A DNA stretch of 64,000 nucleotides from an uncultured virus (IMG/VR IMGVR_UViG_3300034272_003223). Its lineage: Duplodnaviria; Heunggongvirae; Uroviricota; Caudoviricetes. Location of the stretch: the IMG/VR virus record IMGVR_UViG_3300034272_003223. One strand, 5' to 3'. Positions within the stretch are counted from its first letter, which is position 1. Every line of letters starts with the position of its first letter. The position numbers and the translations under genes were made by a program. The notes below the pieces were generated by a model, which had not been told where the DNA came from, did no database searches, and worked only from the letters and a program-made list of their open reading frames with translations. Shown piece by piece: positions 1 to 9,663 of this stretch.

Positions 1-210
1 AAGGACTTTTCTGCTAAGAAGAATGTTATGGTAATATCGTCAGTTAAGAAAATAAAGGACGATCGGTTGTTTGATCTAGCATTAGCTACGATCGTTGCCA
101 ATAAGCTTCTGAATCACTCCAGTGGATTTAATTCCAATATCTTATTGGATATTAAGTCTACATTTGAAAGAGGCCAGGTGATCCCCTATAAGCTCAGATC
201 TTTAACTTAG
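1..210 (+). CDS. hypothetical protein, 5'-truncated by window edge
   Basis: Frame is open from base 1 (KDFSAKKNVMVIS...) to TAG at 208-210; converges on the minus-strand gene ending at 211. Confidence 0.55.
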   Translation, partial: KDFSAKKNVMVISSVKKIKDDRLFDLALATIVANKLLNHSSGFNSNILLDIKSTFERGQVIPYKLRSLT

Positions 211-822
211 TTATCGATTAGTATTAGCGAAAAAGTATCTATAGTCTTGCTCTAAAACAATTGAGGCTGGAATAGCTGCTTTTAAAGTTCGGTTTGGATA
301 TCTTATGATTCGGTCAATAATCTTAGAGTCAGTAGGATAGTCACGAGTTAATTCTATTAAGTATTCTCCTATTAGAGTTACGTCAGGTGAATTACGGCGG
401 TCGACTAAAAACGAACCCTCAGAGGAGTCCTTTTTTAAAAATCCTATCTTTTTATGAGTAATCTGGGTTGGCTTAAAATCTAGCGAAGTTATTTCAGAAA
501 ATGAAATATCGTGAATTAACTGGCTTGACCATTGTACGTCAATTAAAATTGCACTAGTATTTAGGGCTAGATCGTACATTAAATATAGATCGCTTTCGAG
601 CTGAGTATTATCAACATTATCTGACAATAAAACCAGATCGACATCCCAAGTTGAATTAAAGTCATATAAAATTCCACCAGTTATATGCACAGAATATCGT
701 TCAAGAATATCTGTGTTGGATTGTAATTCCAATAAAAAGTTTTTAACACTTTCGTATGACGGCCTATTCCACGGAATCGTCGTCGATACCTTACCAATTT
801 GATAATAAAATGGGAGCCCCAT
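211..822 (-). CDS. Pol-beta-superfamily nucleotidyltransferase-like protein
   Basis: Motif hhhGG-x9-DVDhhh (VHITGGILYDFNSTWDVDLVLL) plus a later beta-strand Asp (LIDVQW). Start moved to ATG at 822 (MGLPFYY), just after the upstream stop, rather than 906. Confidence 0.6.
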   Translation of the reverse strand: MGLPFYYQIGKVSTTIPWNRPSYESVKNFLLELQSNTDILERYSVHITGGILYDFNSTWDVDLVLLSDNVDNTQLESDLYLMYDLALNTSAILIDVQWSSQLIHDISFSEITSLDFKPTQITHKKIGFLKKDSSEGSFLVDRRNSPDVTLIGEYLIELTRDYPTDSKIIDRIIRYPNRTLKAAIPASIVLEQDYRYFFANTNR

Positions 823-823
823 A

Positions 824-1861
824 TTACTGGAAGCTTTGATAGAAACCTCCACCGCTTGACATTCCACCACCACCAGAATAACCACCTGAATAGTAAGTTT
901 CACCACCAGAATAAGTAAAGGTTGAACTTGTAATTGGTGCAGTATAACTAAATACTAGATCAATTTCGGTAATCGTTTGATTTGATACGGCAGGGGTTGG
1001 GTTTGTACCTGATCCGATTAGTTCTTGATTAAATGGTATGCTTGTACTTTGTGAGCCGGTTGTCGGAGACTTTAACTGCCAATAAGAGAATGAATAACCA
1101 GAAGGAAGCGACGAAGAAACTGATACGTTAACATTTTGACTATTACTAAAGGATCTGATAATTTGATTAGAGTTTCCAGATTGAGGAATACCTGCAAAAC
1201 CATTTGATGTAATTGTAATGTATGAAGATAGAGTACTTGATGAAATTGATGCTCCAGTTGTTCTAATTAAATTTACTTTAAAAATACCTCCATAAAAAGT
1301 TGCAGCAGTCGCAGATGCGCCAACAGCAGGGGCATAATTTGCAGAAATAATTCTCCAAGTATAAGTTTGAGGAGTAGCTAATGCTCTAGATGTACGTTGA
1401 CACTGAACGGTTACTGAGTTAATTGGAAGGTTTGCAACAGTTGTAATAGCAGCACTAGTTAAAGGAAGAGCCGATAAATTTATTACGGTTGTAGTATCAT
1501 TACCTGATGTAAACTTAACTTCGATTGGCGAACTTTTTTGATTGACTAACACATAAGTTCTATGTAGAACGTCGGCAGTAGGCGGCGGTAGAACCATGCT
1601 AGTTATTGCACTAGTTGATCCAGCGTATACAGCATAGTGTCCATTATTTAATTCTAATGCTCCAGTCTTTTCACTTCCAAAATAGGCGACAGATGGCAAA
1701 CTTAATGATCCATTAAGCATAAAGTGCGAAGTTGGATTAGAAAGAACTGCATCCATGGTTGCATCTTCATAATAATTAAACTTACCAGCTGCCATTCTAC
1801 CATCGCGGGTAACGGTAAATTTAATAGCTTTTAGTACGTTAGATAGACTTAATGTTTTCAT
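824..1861 (-). CDS. putative tail fibre/virion structural protein
   Basis: Ser/Thr-rich, beta-type composition with Gly-rich C-terminus; in the late structural cluster. Confidence 0.5.
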   Translation of the reverse strand: MKTLSLSNVLKAIKFTVTRDGRMAAGKFNYYEDATMDAVLSNPTSHFMLNGSLSLPSVAYFGSEKTGALELNNGHYAVYAGSTSAITSMVLPPPTADVLHRTYVLVNQKSSPIEVKFTSGNDTTTVINLSALPLTSAAITTVANLPINSVTVQCQRTSRALATPQTYTWRIISANYAPAVGASATAATFYGGIFKVNLIRTTGASISSSTLSSYITITSNGFAGIPQSGNSNQIIRSFSNSQNVNVSVSSSLPSGYSFSYWQLKSPTTGSQSTSIPFNQELIGSGTNPTPAVSNQTITEIDLVFSYTAPITSSTFTYSGGETYYSGGYSGGGGMSSGGGFYQSFQ

Positions 1862-1875
1862 TTGTTATGTGTATT

Positions 1876-3513
1876 TTATACTGACTCATTTAAATTTGTT
1901 GATGATAAAGTTCCTACAAAGTCAACTAAAGCAGGATCGCTTGAATATGATAAGAAATGTAAACTACCATCTCTTGTTGTAATAAATGCAGAGCCAGTTC
2001 CAATTGTTCCAGTTGGATTATCATCTCTGTATGTAAAGTTCATATTACCATTATCATCAAAATAAGAGTTAAATCCAATATAGCTGGCAAGTTGTGAGGC
2101 AATTGCAACATTCGCTGGAATAATTTCTCCTTGAGTTGTTAATAGAGGTCGACGCGGCTTAAATAATTCAGTAAGACCAGAACCAGATGTAGGCAAGCTG
2201 TTTTTTGTCATTGAACCAATATTAACTTGGTCAGCTAAATATCTAGTATCGGAAACGCTATCAGTTGTACTTTTGGTTCCATATACAGTAACTGATGAAT
2301 TTGGTGATCCACCAAAACCTACCGCAGTTGTTTTATCATTTAGACCAAATCTTTTTGCAACAACCTTTTTGGTATCGTTAAGAGTTGATCCAAATACTCC
2401 AATTGAAATATCACCAGATGCGCAAATATCAAATGCAGCCTTTGTAATAAGGTATGATATGTTTGAAGAATTTATACCTAGAGCTAATCTAGTCTTTGAT
2501 GAAGCAGTTGCTCTTTCAATTAATAATCCATTTAGATCAAATGTTGCATCATTGTCAGCAAAGCTCTTAATTGCAGAAGAACCTCCAGTATAAAGAGTAA
2601 CTCCATTATGTGCAGAACCATCCATTTGAGATGCCCTAAACTTAAACGCTGAGGTTGCACCATTTACTGAATTTGTATATGAAGAATCTCCACCTGCATT
2701 AAATTCAGATAGGAAGTATGCAACCGAAGGACTTGCTGTTGTGTTATTAATTAGAGCGTGCTTAATTCTAAGGTTATTTTCGGCAGCGCTCATTTGATGT
2801 TGACCGTTTTGCAATTTATACAAAGATCCAAGTTGAATGTGGTATCTACTTGCAGATTCATCGGAAGTTGTTACAAAGTTAGAATAAATTGTAGTAATTG
2901 CTTTGCTGACATCTCCAATAAGAGCGTCTACACTGCTATTTGCAACAAAATTATTTTTGTAAACGTCTAAATCGAAGTTATTTAAAAATAAAGTTGAATT
3001 AGTATAAGTAGAAGAAGAACTTCCATAATTAATTCCGTCTGGGTTGACATCGGCTAAGTCTGCGCCAGCATTTTTAAGAAATCTAACAATTCCATAGTTC
3101 TTTTTCTTGGTGCTTGCAGTAAAGTTTGAGTCATTGTCGCTAATCGTAAATAGTTGCTTATTTAAGAAAAATTCAGTAGAGACTGCTAATAGGTCATTTA
3201 TATTAAATATTTGTGACCAGGCATTAGTAGTTTTTGTGTAGAATTTACCGCCAGTTGTAATAAAAATATCGTCGACTACCGCTGTAGTATTTGTGGTTTG
3301 ATCGGCTCCACTAAATATTCTAGAACCCTTTACTCCTCTAGGTCCGATTGGGCCAGCTGGGCCAACTCCGCCGGTTGCTCCGGCAGGGCCGCTTGGACCG
3401 ACTGCGCCAATTCCAAGCTCAATTAACTTCGTAAAGTTAAAATTTAGTTTGTCTGCCAATACGGCTTGGTTATCTGTTGTAAAAACCTCTTTAAGATTTA
3501 ATTGTACTGGCAT
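1876..3513 (-). CDS. putative tail fibre protein with short collagen-like segment
   Basis: Gly-X-Y run GAVGPSGPAGATGGVGPAGPIGPRGVKG near the N-terminus, after a KLNFNF-type fibre N-terminal motif. Confidence 0.65.
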   Translation of the reverse strand: MPVQLNLKEVFTTDNQAVLADKLNFNFTKLIELGIGAVGPSGPAGATGGVGPAGPIGPRGVKGSRIFSGADQTTNTTAVVDDIFITTGGKFYTKTTNAWSQIFNINDLLAVSTEFFLNKQLFTISDNDSNFTASTKKKNYGIVRFLKNAGADLADVNPDGINYGSSSSTYTNSTLFLNNFDLDVYKNNFVANSSVDALIGDVSKAITTIYSNFVTTSDESASRYHIQLGSLYKLQNGQHQMSAAENNLRIKHALINNTTASPSVAYFLSEFNAGGDSSYTNSVNGATSAFKFRASQMDGSAHNGVTLYTGGSSAIKSFADNDATFDLNGLLIERATASSKTRLALGINSSNISYLITKAAFDICASGDISIGVFGSTLNDTKKVVAKRFGLNDKTTAVGFGGSPNSSVTVYGTKSTTDSVSDTRYLADQVNIGSMTKNSLPTSGSGLTELFKPRRPLLTTQGEIIPANVAIASQLASYIGFNSYFDDNGNMNFTYRDDNPTGTIGTGSAFITTRDGSLHFLSYSSDPALVDFVGTLSSTNLNESV

Positions 3514-3515
3514 TT

Positions 3516-6500
3516 TTAAATAAATTTCATTTTTGGTTCAATAATTAAACTCAACTTACCGGTAGTTTTTAGAGGAACTCTTAACTGAACGGCTAGTCCG
3601 TTTTTAATATTTATTTGAACTCCTTCCAGCTTCTTATATCCTAACGCGTAGCGTTCGGCAGCAGTCTTAGTAACTATTTCTAGACCAGTAGGCTTGCCTT
3701 TATCTTCTACATACCAAATAGCTAATTGGTCTATTGCATAGGTTGGAAGAATATTTTCGATTGCATATTGTTTAACATATGAGGTAAAATCATAGGCGCC
3801 TAATAATTCTGGGTTTCTAACAGTTGGGTCAATGTTAAAACTAGATAAAATTTTAGCTTCTAGCCCAAGATCCATTACTTTTTTAGTAAAGACATTTGTT
3901 AAATTTATATCAAGTTGAGCATCCGTTGTATTTACTTTATACAAAACGTCAAAGTCTCTATTAATGTAATCAGTTGAAATTGAAGGAAACTCGGTAACTT
4001 CCTTTGAAGTAACTGTGTCTATTTCAATTGAAGTCGGTAATGAAGCAAGTTTTGCCATGAAATATGAGTCTTCTGCAATTCGTCTGGTACCAAATGCTGG
4101 AACAGATTCAGTTTTATTAATATATTCTAAATGGAATCCATAATCCCAGTTTGATGCTAATAAGTATAGATCTCCGCTTGAAATTGGGGTTTCTCCAATT
4201 AACTCAAACATTGGTTTATATTTGTCATTACCTTCAAGTTCCAAAATCTTCTTTTCTGAAACTTTAATATGTTCAAATCCTTTAACTTCAAAAAATCGGT
4301 TTGCAATTGGATTAAATTTACAATTAGCGTCCTTAACCTCTTCTGAATTCAAGGTCGTATCTGGCATAAACGCGGTAATTTCTCTAAATATTGGAGAGTA
4401 TGTCGATCCATGTCTTCTTAAATATATTGGATTTTGTAAATAGGACTCAGTTGCAGTATACCCAACTAAATTAGAAGCCTGTCTTTTACTTGTAGTATCA
4501 GCTTGTGTCAATTGAATATTAACTGGAGAAACGGTTGGAATCTTTAATTTTTCAACAATAGTTGCTTCTTCTAACTCAATATAAAATTCATTTGTACTTA
4601 CAGTTCCATTAGAATATGTAGTATATGTAATGTTGGAACGGCTTCTTTCAATTGATCGCTTAAAGTCATTAAAACTTAGTCTTTTAAATAAGCCCTTATA
4701 ATAAGAGTCGCCGCCTAATAAGAACGCAAAATTAATTGATTCCCAATGGCTTGTATCTAAAGAAGGAATAGTAGACTCTCTCTTAATAATTTTATCAATG
4801 TTAAATGTAGTAGTTCCAGCTGAAGTTTTTGAAACAGGTAAGCCAGTAAATAGCATTTCCCCTATTCCAGCATTAGATGACATAACTATTCCATTTGGTA
4901 AGATTTCAGAAATGCCCGAGTAGTTATCTAGCCTATAGATAACTTGATCAATTATTCTAAGTAATCTTTTATTAGTATCTCCGGCATAAGGCAAAATATT
5001 AAATGTTGAATTTGTTTCGGATGCCAATAGCTGAGCGTTTGGATAAGTATATCCAGTTGCACCAGTTGAAGTATTCTTCAATTCTAAGATATCGATAACG
5101 TTTATTAGAGAAGAACTTGCAGAGGCTACTCTATTTTGAGTTGCAATCGCATGTTTAATTTCAGCTTGATAAAAATCTGCTGATGCAGCCGCTGCCTTTT
5201 GGAAAAATTTAATACCTACTGGAGAAGATGTTACTGTTGCATTAGCGGAAAGAGTTATCTTTGGCCTGGTTTGGCCGTTTGTATCAAGAACAGTATTATC
5301 AACTGCAACGATGTACGCCCCAGCTGGAATACCTGTACCTGTTACATAAACCTTATTAGATGCGTTGTAGTTTTGACCAGATGGATCTCCGTATGAGGTC
5401 ACATCTAAATTTATTCCGTCTAATAAGTAAATATCTGGGCTACCTGAAGTTAATTCAGCAACCTGATTTTGTTTAGCAATATTGGATAAAATTGGTTTAC
5501 TTATTGTTAAGGTAGTTCCACTAATTGCAGTAACGGTTGTACCAAATTGAGTCCATCCGGTAATTCCAACCTCTGCTCCAATTAAAATTGGAGTTGCTGG
5601 AGTTGCGCTTAGTATAATGGTAGAAGAACCTGCTTCAACACTTGCTGTAAGAGGAGTTGGTGTAACGGCGCTTCCGGTTATAGCGATTTGATTAACAAAC
5701 GAATACTTAATACTATTAGACGTAACTAAACGATCTTTAATAAATGGATATAAACTTAAACCTGATGCCAAGTAGGAATTATTCTCAGTTGTGGTAATAC
5801 CTTGGCTAGTTCCGCCTGGGAGAGTAACTATATTAATTGCTTGACCCTGTCCGTTTGATCCTAATCCATTTGCGTCAATAGGGAATTCAATTGTATAATA
5901 ATCAAATGCGGCTGTACCAAACACTTTAGTTGAAGTATTATCTTTAAATGATAACATACTGTTTTCATTAACTCGACTAATTTCATCTACGATTTGAATG
6001 TCTGTGCCCTTATCGATTGAAAATATAAATGGAAGACCTCTATCTCCATAATTAGTAGGTAATGATAGGTCAAAACTATTTACTAGATTTATACTACTAA
6101 AGCTGGCTGGTAAAGTATTATACTTTTTGTTTTTAGCATAATACATAAATGCAAGGGTAATATCAGAAATTGGTTTATTTCCAGCTGGAGTAGGTGCTGA
6201 ATTTATATTAATTTTGTAATCAGCAAAAGAGTTGTTTATATTATTAAATACATGGTCTTCGGTTGGAGCAAGTCCGCCCGTTTTAGTTACAATTAGGCTT
6301 TTAGGAGAATCGACTAAGCTAGAAACTTTTTTGTTTAATCTTAATTCAATTACCAATGTAATAAATTTAAAATCTCTAGATTCAATAAATTTAAATTGAA
6401 TTGGGTTTTCTCCAGAATATGGAGTATCTTCAATTACCTTTAATATTGAAGTAAATCTATAGTCATTAAATCTATTTGATTCCCGAACATATTTAAGTGC

Positions 6501-9500
6501 TCCAGACAATTCTTTTTCTGTAGTATTTGGAACAACTTCTTTAAAAACAAATTTAATTCCTTTAAAAATAGTTTTAGCAAGTCCAGTCAATTTATCCTTT
6601 TTAACTTGAGAAAAACGATATTGTGTTCTGGCACAAGGAGTTAATACTGAATTATTTAAATAACTTGGAGTAAAAATAAAATAATCTTCAAAATATCCTT
6701 CTTGTGTTACTGCTAATGTTGGATCAAATGGCGTATCAAAATATAATTTATTTTGAGAGGCGGCTGTTATGTCATGAACATAGTCATATAGCGATTCAAT
6801 ATAAAACCACTCATGTGTCATTAAACTTGAATCTGGTTCAGCCTTATTTGGTTCAGGCGAAAAATTATTTACACCAAATACTGTATCAGCATTAAGTCGA
6901 TATGGATTTGATCTAGAATCAAGTGAACCGTCTGCACCCCATTTACAAATGTATTTAACTAGACGGTTTTTTCCAGCGTTTTCCAATAAGAATCTTTCAT
7001 AGTTGGAATCGTATTCAGATGAGATTTTTCCACTAGTAAATCTATCTCGATAAATATATGCGTTTGTCTTAGATGGACTCAATTCAGCATAATCGGATGT
7101 GATTGTAAAAAATCCTTTAAAATCTAGAATATCTGGAGTTTCCTCAGCTAACTCTACGTCATATGTTGGAGTTAATGTAGATAAAGCTGGAATAACAAAT
7201 GGATCTCCAGTTATTTTTGAAAAACTAACAATGGTTGAGTTAGAGGTTTTTTCAATTAGATCGCCGTCTTCATATACAGTTGATCCAATTTTAATAGTTC
7301 CATTTAGAACTCTATATGCAGATTTTCCTAGATTAATCATATTTACACCCTCTGGTATAAAGGCAGATTTCCAAACATCACTTAATTGAACTGATGCATA
7401 TTGACTATCAATATGATCAAAGTCAAAGTCTTTAATTGGTATAATTGATAGAGCGCTTACGTTAGGTTTAAACTTCTTTTTAAATTGGACTAGTCCAAAC
7501 TTTAATAAGGCTTCTGTGCCAGCTTCAGTTAAAATGTTTATATTATTGTCGTAATAATTAACTGCAAATATTTTATCAACCTCAGTCGTAAATGTATTTT
7601 CACTAATATAGTCGATGCTCTTTACAATATTTTCTATTTCAACCCAACCTGATGGAGATTGAACTAAGATATCTGCTTTGTTTGCATGCAATTTTTCAAA
7701 ATATTGTCCATCTACTGAAATGTGAGAAGATAAAGCTGAACCTGGCTCAAAATTTACAACTGGACAGCCAATAATAATAGTTTGATCTAAATTACCGATA
7801 CCAAATGTTAATGTTTTAACTCCAGCGTCAGCGATTAAAGAACCTAACATATAATTAGTTTGGTTAACACTTGGCTGAGCTTCACCATAAACAATATAAT
7901 CGCTTGCGGTTAGGTCGATTGTTGTACTATTATTTGTTCCTAATAACTCGGCAGCAGTTTTTCTAAATTCTGGAGAATCTGATATTAAAATCTTTGGCTC
8001 ATCCGTTGATGGAATATATTGAGCAGCATATTCTAGAGAAACATTACCTTCAGTATTTACAACAATAAAAACTCTATTGTCTTGTGAGTATGCCTTAAAT
8101 CCACTGTTTTGGATAGCATTAATTGCTAAAGTTAAAGATTCTGCAATTTGATGTAAATTAGTTTCTAAATCCTCTTGTGAAACTACGTCAACACTATAGA
8201 AAAATTGATCTGGGCCAAACTCGTTATAGACTGCAAGCGCATCTAAAACTGGAGAACCTCCATAAGAGAATCCTGAAACCGCACTAAGCGTTTCATATCT
8301 TTTAGAATTTTGATTTGTTGATTTTCCATTAGGATAATATATTCTAATTTGATCTAGATGGTTTGGTATATCGTTAATAGTAATTTCAATAAATGAACGA
8401 ATTCCGCCCTTAGTGTAGTCGGCCGAATCTTCCATAAAAGTCTCAGTCGGTCCATGTAATAGAGATAAGTCAATAGATTTACTTGAAATCTTTAATTTAG
8501 AATTTGCAATATCTACTTGTGAAATTTTATGTAAATTTCCAGACTTATCTTCAATTGAAAGAATACCGGCTCCGCCTAATTCAGTTAATGCAGCAGAAAC
8601 TGATTGTGGAATAGAATGAAATTTTAGGTCTAACCCAGCAGAGTTAGTTTGAATAAATTGAAGTTGAGCATATTCATAAGCATTTGGATTAGTTATACCT
8701 GGAGTATTTAATCCCAATGCCGCATGATCACTTAAATCAAAGTCTAATTCAGCTAAATCGACAGTATTACAATACATTCCAAAATATCTGTTAAATTCAA
8801 AGTCATCTGAAGAATCTTCAAATAAAAACTCTAAATTTAAAATATATGGATAAATTATTGAATTCCTTTCATATCCAAGAGTTACGTATTCTTCAAAATC
8901 AGTAAGGGTTTTTCCTCCAATAATTAATTCTTGTAAATTCTCAAACTTTTCAGTATAACATCCAACTTTATATGCTATACCTGAATAAGAAGACAATAAT
9001 CCTCGGTTAAATGGAAAATTTAAAGTATTTTCTGGAAAAAGCTGATTACTCTGCATTTTTTTAATATACTTTCCTATGTTAGAATCTACTCCAAGATCAA
9101 AGGTTTTAATAATCTGCGCTGTATTTAATAAACTTGCAAGGTGCGTAGTTTTATTATATGGATAGCTATCTTTTGTTTCGGAGATTGGCAAATTACTTGC
9201 ACCAGGTATTTTAAATATTACAAATTTTTCTGGAATTTCTTTATTTAGATAAATTGGTGCAAAGTATTTAAATTTCTCAGAATAATTTTTAGAAATGCAA
9301 TATCTTGCACCAGAAAAATATTCAGAAAAATCGTATTGGTCTGCAAAATTAGCAGATGTTGCATTTAATGAAACATTGGTTTTTACATCAAACACAATAG
9401 ACTCTGGTGTATTACCATTACTAAAAAATCTATATAAGTTCGAATCATGATGAGAAGTTGGGTCAATTGGATAAGCTTTATACTTATCTTTAGCCAATTC

Positions 9501-9641
9501 CGTATTTGCATCAATTGATTCAAAAAATAAATTTTGACCAGAATCTATTACTAACTTAACATTTCCGGTAAGTTTAGGGTTTGTTCTGACCAATCCAAAT
9601 GATGTGTCAAAGGGTGTAATCTTTTTATAAGATAATGCCAC
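3516..9641 (-). CDS. large virion structural (baseplate/tail-associated) protein, 2041 aa, GTG start
   Basis: Very long ORF in the structural cluster; contains GTGIP-type small beta modules also seen in the sheath. Confidence 0.6.
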   Translation of the reverse strand: MALSYKKITPFDTSFGLVRTNPKLTGNVKLVIDSGQNLFFESIDANTELAKDKYKAYPIDPTSHHDSNLYRFFSNGNTPESIVFDVKTNVSLNATSANFADQYDFSEYFSGARYCISKNYSEKFKYFAPIYLNKEIPEKFVIFKIPGASNLPISETKDSYPYNKTTHLASLLNTAQIIKTFDLGVDSNIGKYIKKMQSNQLFPENTLNFPFNRGLLSSYSGIAYKVGCYTEKFENLQELIIGGKTLTDFEEYVTLGYERNSIIYPYILNLEFLFEDSSDDFEFNRYFGMYCNTVDLAELDFDLSDHAALGLNTPGITNPNAYEYAQLQFIQTNSAGLDLKFHSIPQSVSAALTELGGAGILSIEDKSGNLHKISQVDIANSKLKISSKSIDLSLLHGPTETFMEDSADYTKGGIRSFIEITINDIPNHLDQIRIYYPNGKSTNQNSKRYETLSAVSGFSYGGSPVLDALAVYNEFGPDQFFYSVDVVSQEDLETNLHQIAESLTLAINAIQNSGFKAYSQDNRVFIVVNTEGNVSLEYAAQYIPSTDEPKILISDSPEFRKTAAELLGTNNSTTIDLTASDYIVYGEAQPSVNQTNYMLGSLIADAGVKTLTFGIGNLDQTIIIGCPVVNFEPGSALSSHISVDGQYFEKLHANKADILVQSPSGWVEIENIVKSIDYISENTFTTEVDKIFAVNYYDNNINILTEAGTEALLKFGLVQFKKKFKPNVSALSIIPIKDFDFDHIDSQYASVQLSDVWKSAFIPEGVNMINLGKSAYRVLNGTIKIGSTVYEDGDLIEKTSNSTIVSFSKITGDPFVIPALSTLTPTYDVELAEETPDILDFKGFFTITSDYAELSPSKTNAYIYRDRFTSGKISSEYDSNYERFLLENAGKNRLVKYICKWGADGSLDSRSNPYRLNADTVFGVNNFSPEPNKAEPDSSLMTHEWFYIESLYDYVHDITAASQNKLYFDTPFDPTLAVTQEGYFEDYFIFTPSYLNNSVLTPCARTQYRFSQVKKDKLTGLAKTIFKGIKFVFKEVVPNTTEKELSGALKYVRESNRFNDYRFTSILKVIEDTPYSGENPIQFKFIESRDFKFITLVIELRLNKKVSSLVDSPKSLIVTKTGGLAPTEDHVFNNINNSFADYKININSAPTPAGNKPISDITLAFMYYAKNKKYNTLPASFSSINLVNSFDLSLPTNYGDRGLPFIFSIDKGTDIQIVDEISRVNENSMLSFKDNTSTKVFGTAAFDYYTIEFPIDANGLGSNGQGQAINIVTLPGGTSQGITTTENNSYLASGLSLYPFIKDRLVTSNSIKYSFVNQIAITGSAVTPTPLTASVEAGSSTIILSATPATPILIGAEVGITGWTQFGTTVTAISGTTLTISKPILSNIAKQNQVAELTSGSPDIYLLDGINLDVTSYGDPSGQNYNASNKVYVTGTGIPAGAYIVAVDNTVLDTNGQTRPKITLSANATVTSSPVGIKFFQKAAAASADFYQAEIKHAIATQNRVASASSSLINVIDILELKNTSTGATGYTYPNAQLLASETNSTFNILPYAGDTNKRLLRIIDQVIYRLDNYSGISEILPNGIVMSSNAGIGEMLFTGLPVSKTSAGTTTFNIDKIIKRESTIPSLDTSHWESINFAFLLGGDSYYKGLFKRLSFNDFKRSIERSRSNITYTTYSNGTVSTNEFYIELEEATIVEKLKIPTVSPVNIQLTQADTTSKRQASNLVGYTATESYLQNPIYLRRHGSTYSPIFREITAFMPDTTLNSEEVKDANCKFNPIANRFFEVKGFEHIKVSEKKILELEGNDKYKPMFELIGETPISSGDLYLLASNWDYGFHLEYINKTESVPAFGTRRIAEDSYFMAKLASLPTSIEIDTVTSKEVTEFPSISTDYINRDFDVLYKVNTTDAQLDINLTNVFTKKVMDLGLEAKILSSFNIDPTVRNPELLGAYDFTSYVKQYAIENILPTYAIDQLAIWYVEDKGKPTGLEIVTKTAAERYALGYKKLEGVQINIKNGLAVQLRVPLKTTGKLSLIIEPKMKFI

Positions 9642-9663
9642 GTGATTCTACTTAATTTTTATA

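Noticed and set aside
823..906. ORF-track N-terminal extension of the NTase gene
   Set aside because: Overlaps the Gly-rich end of the upstream gene; ATG at 822 follows its stop directly.
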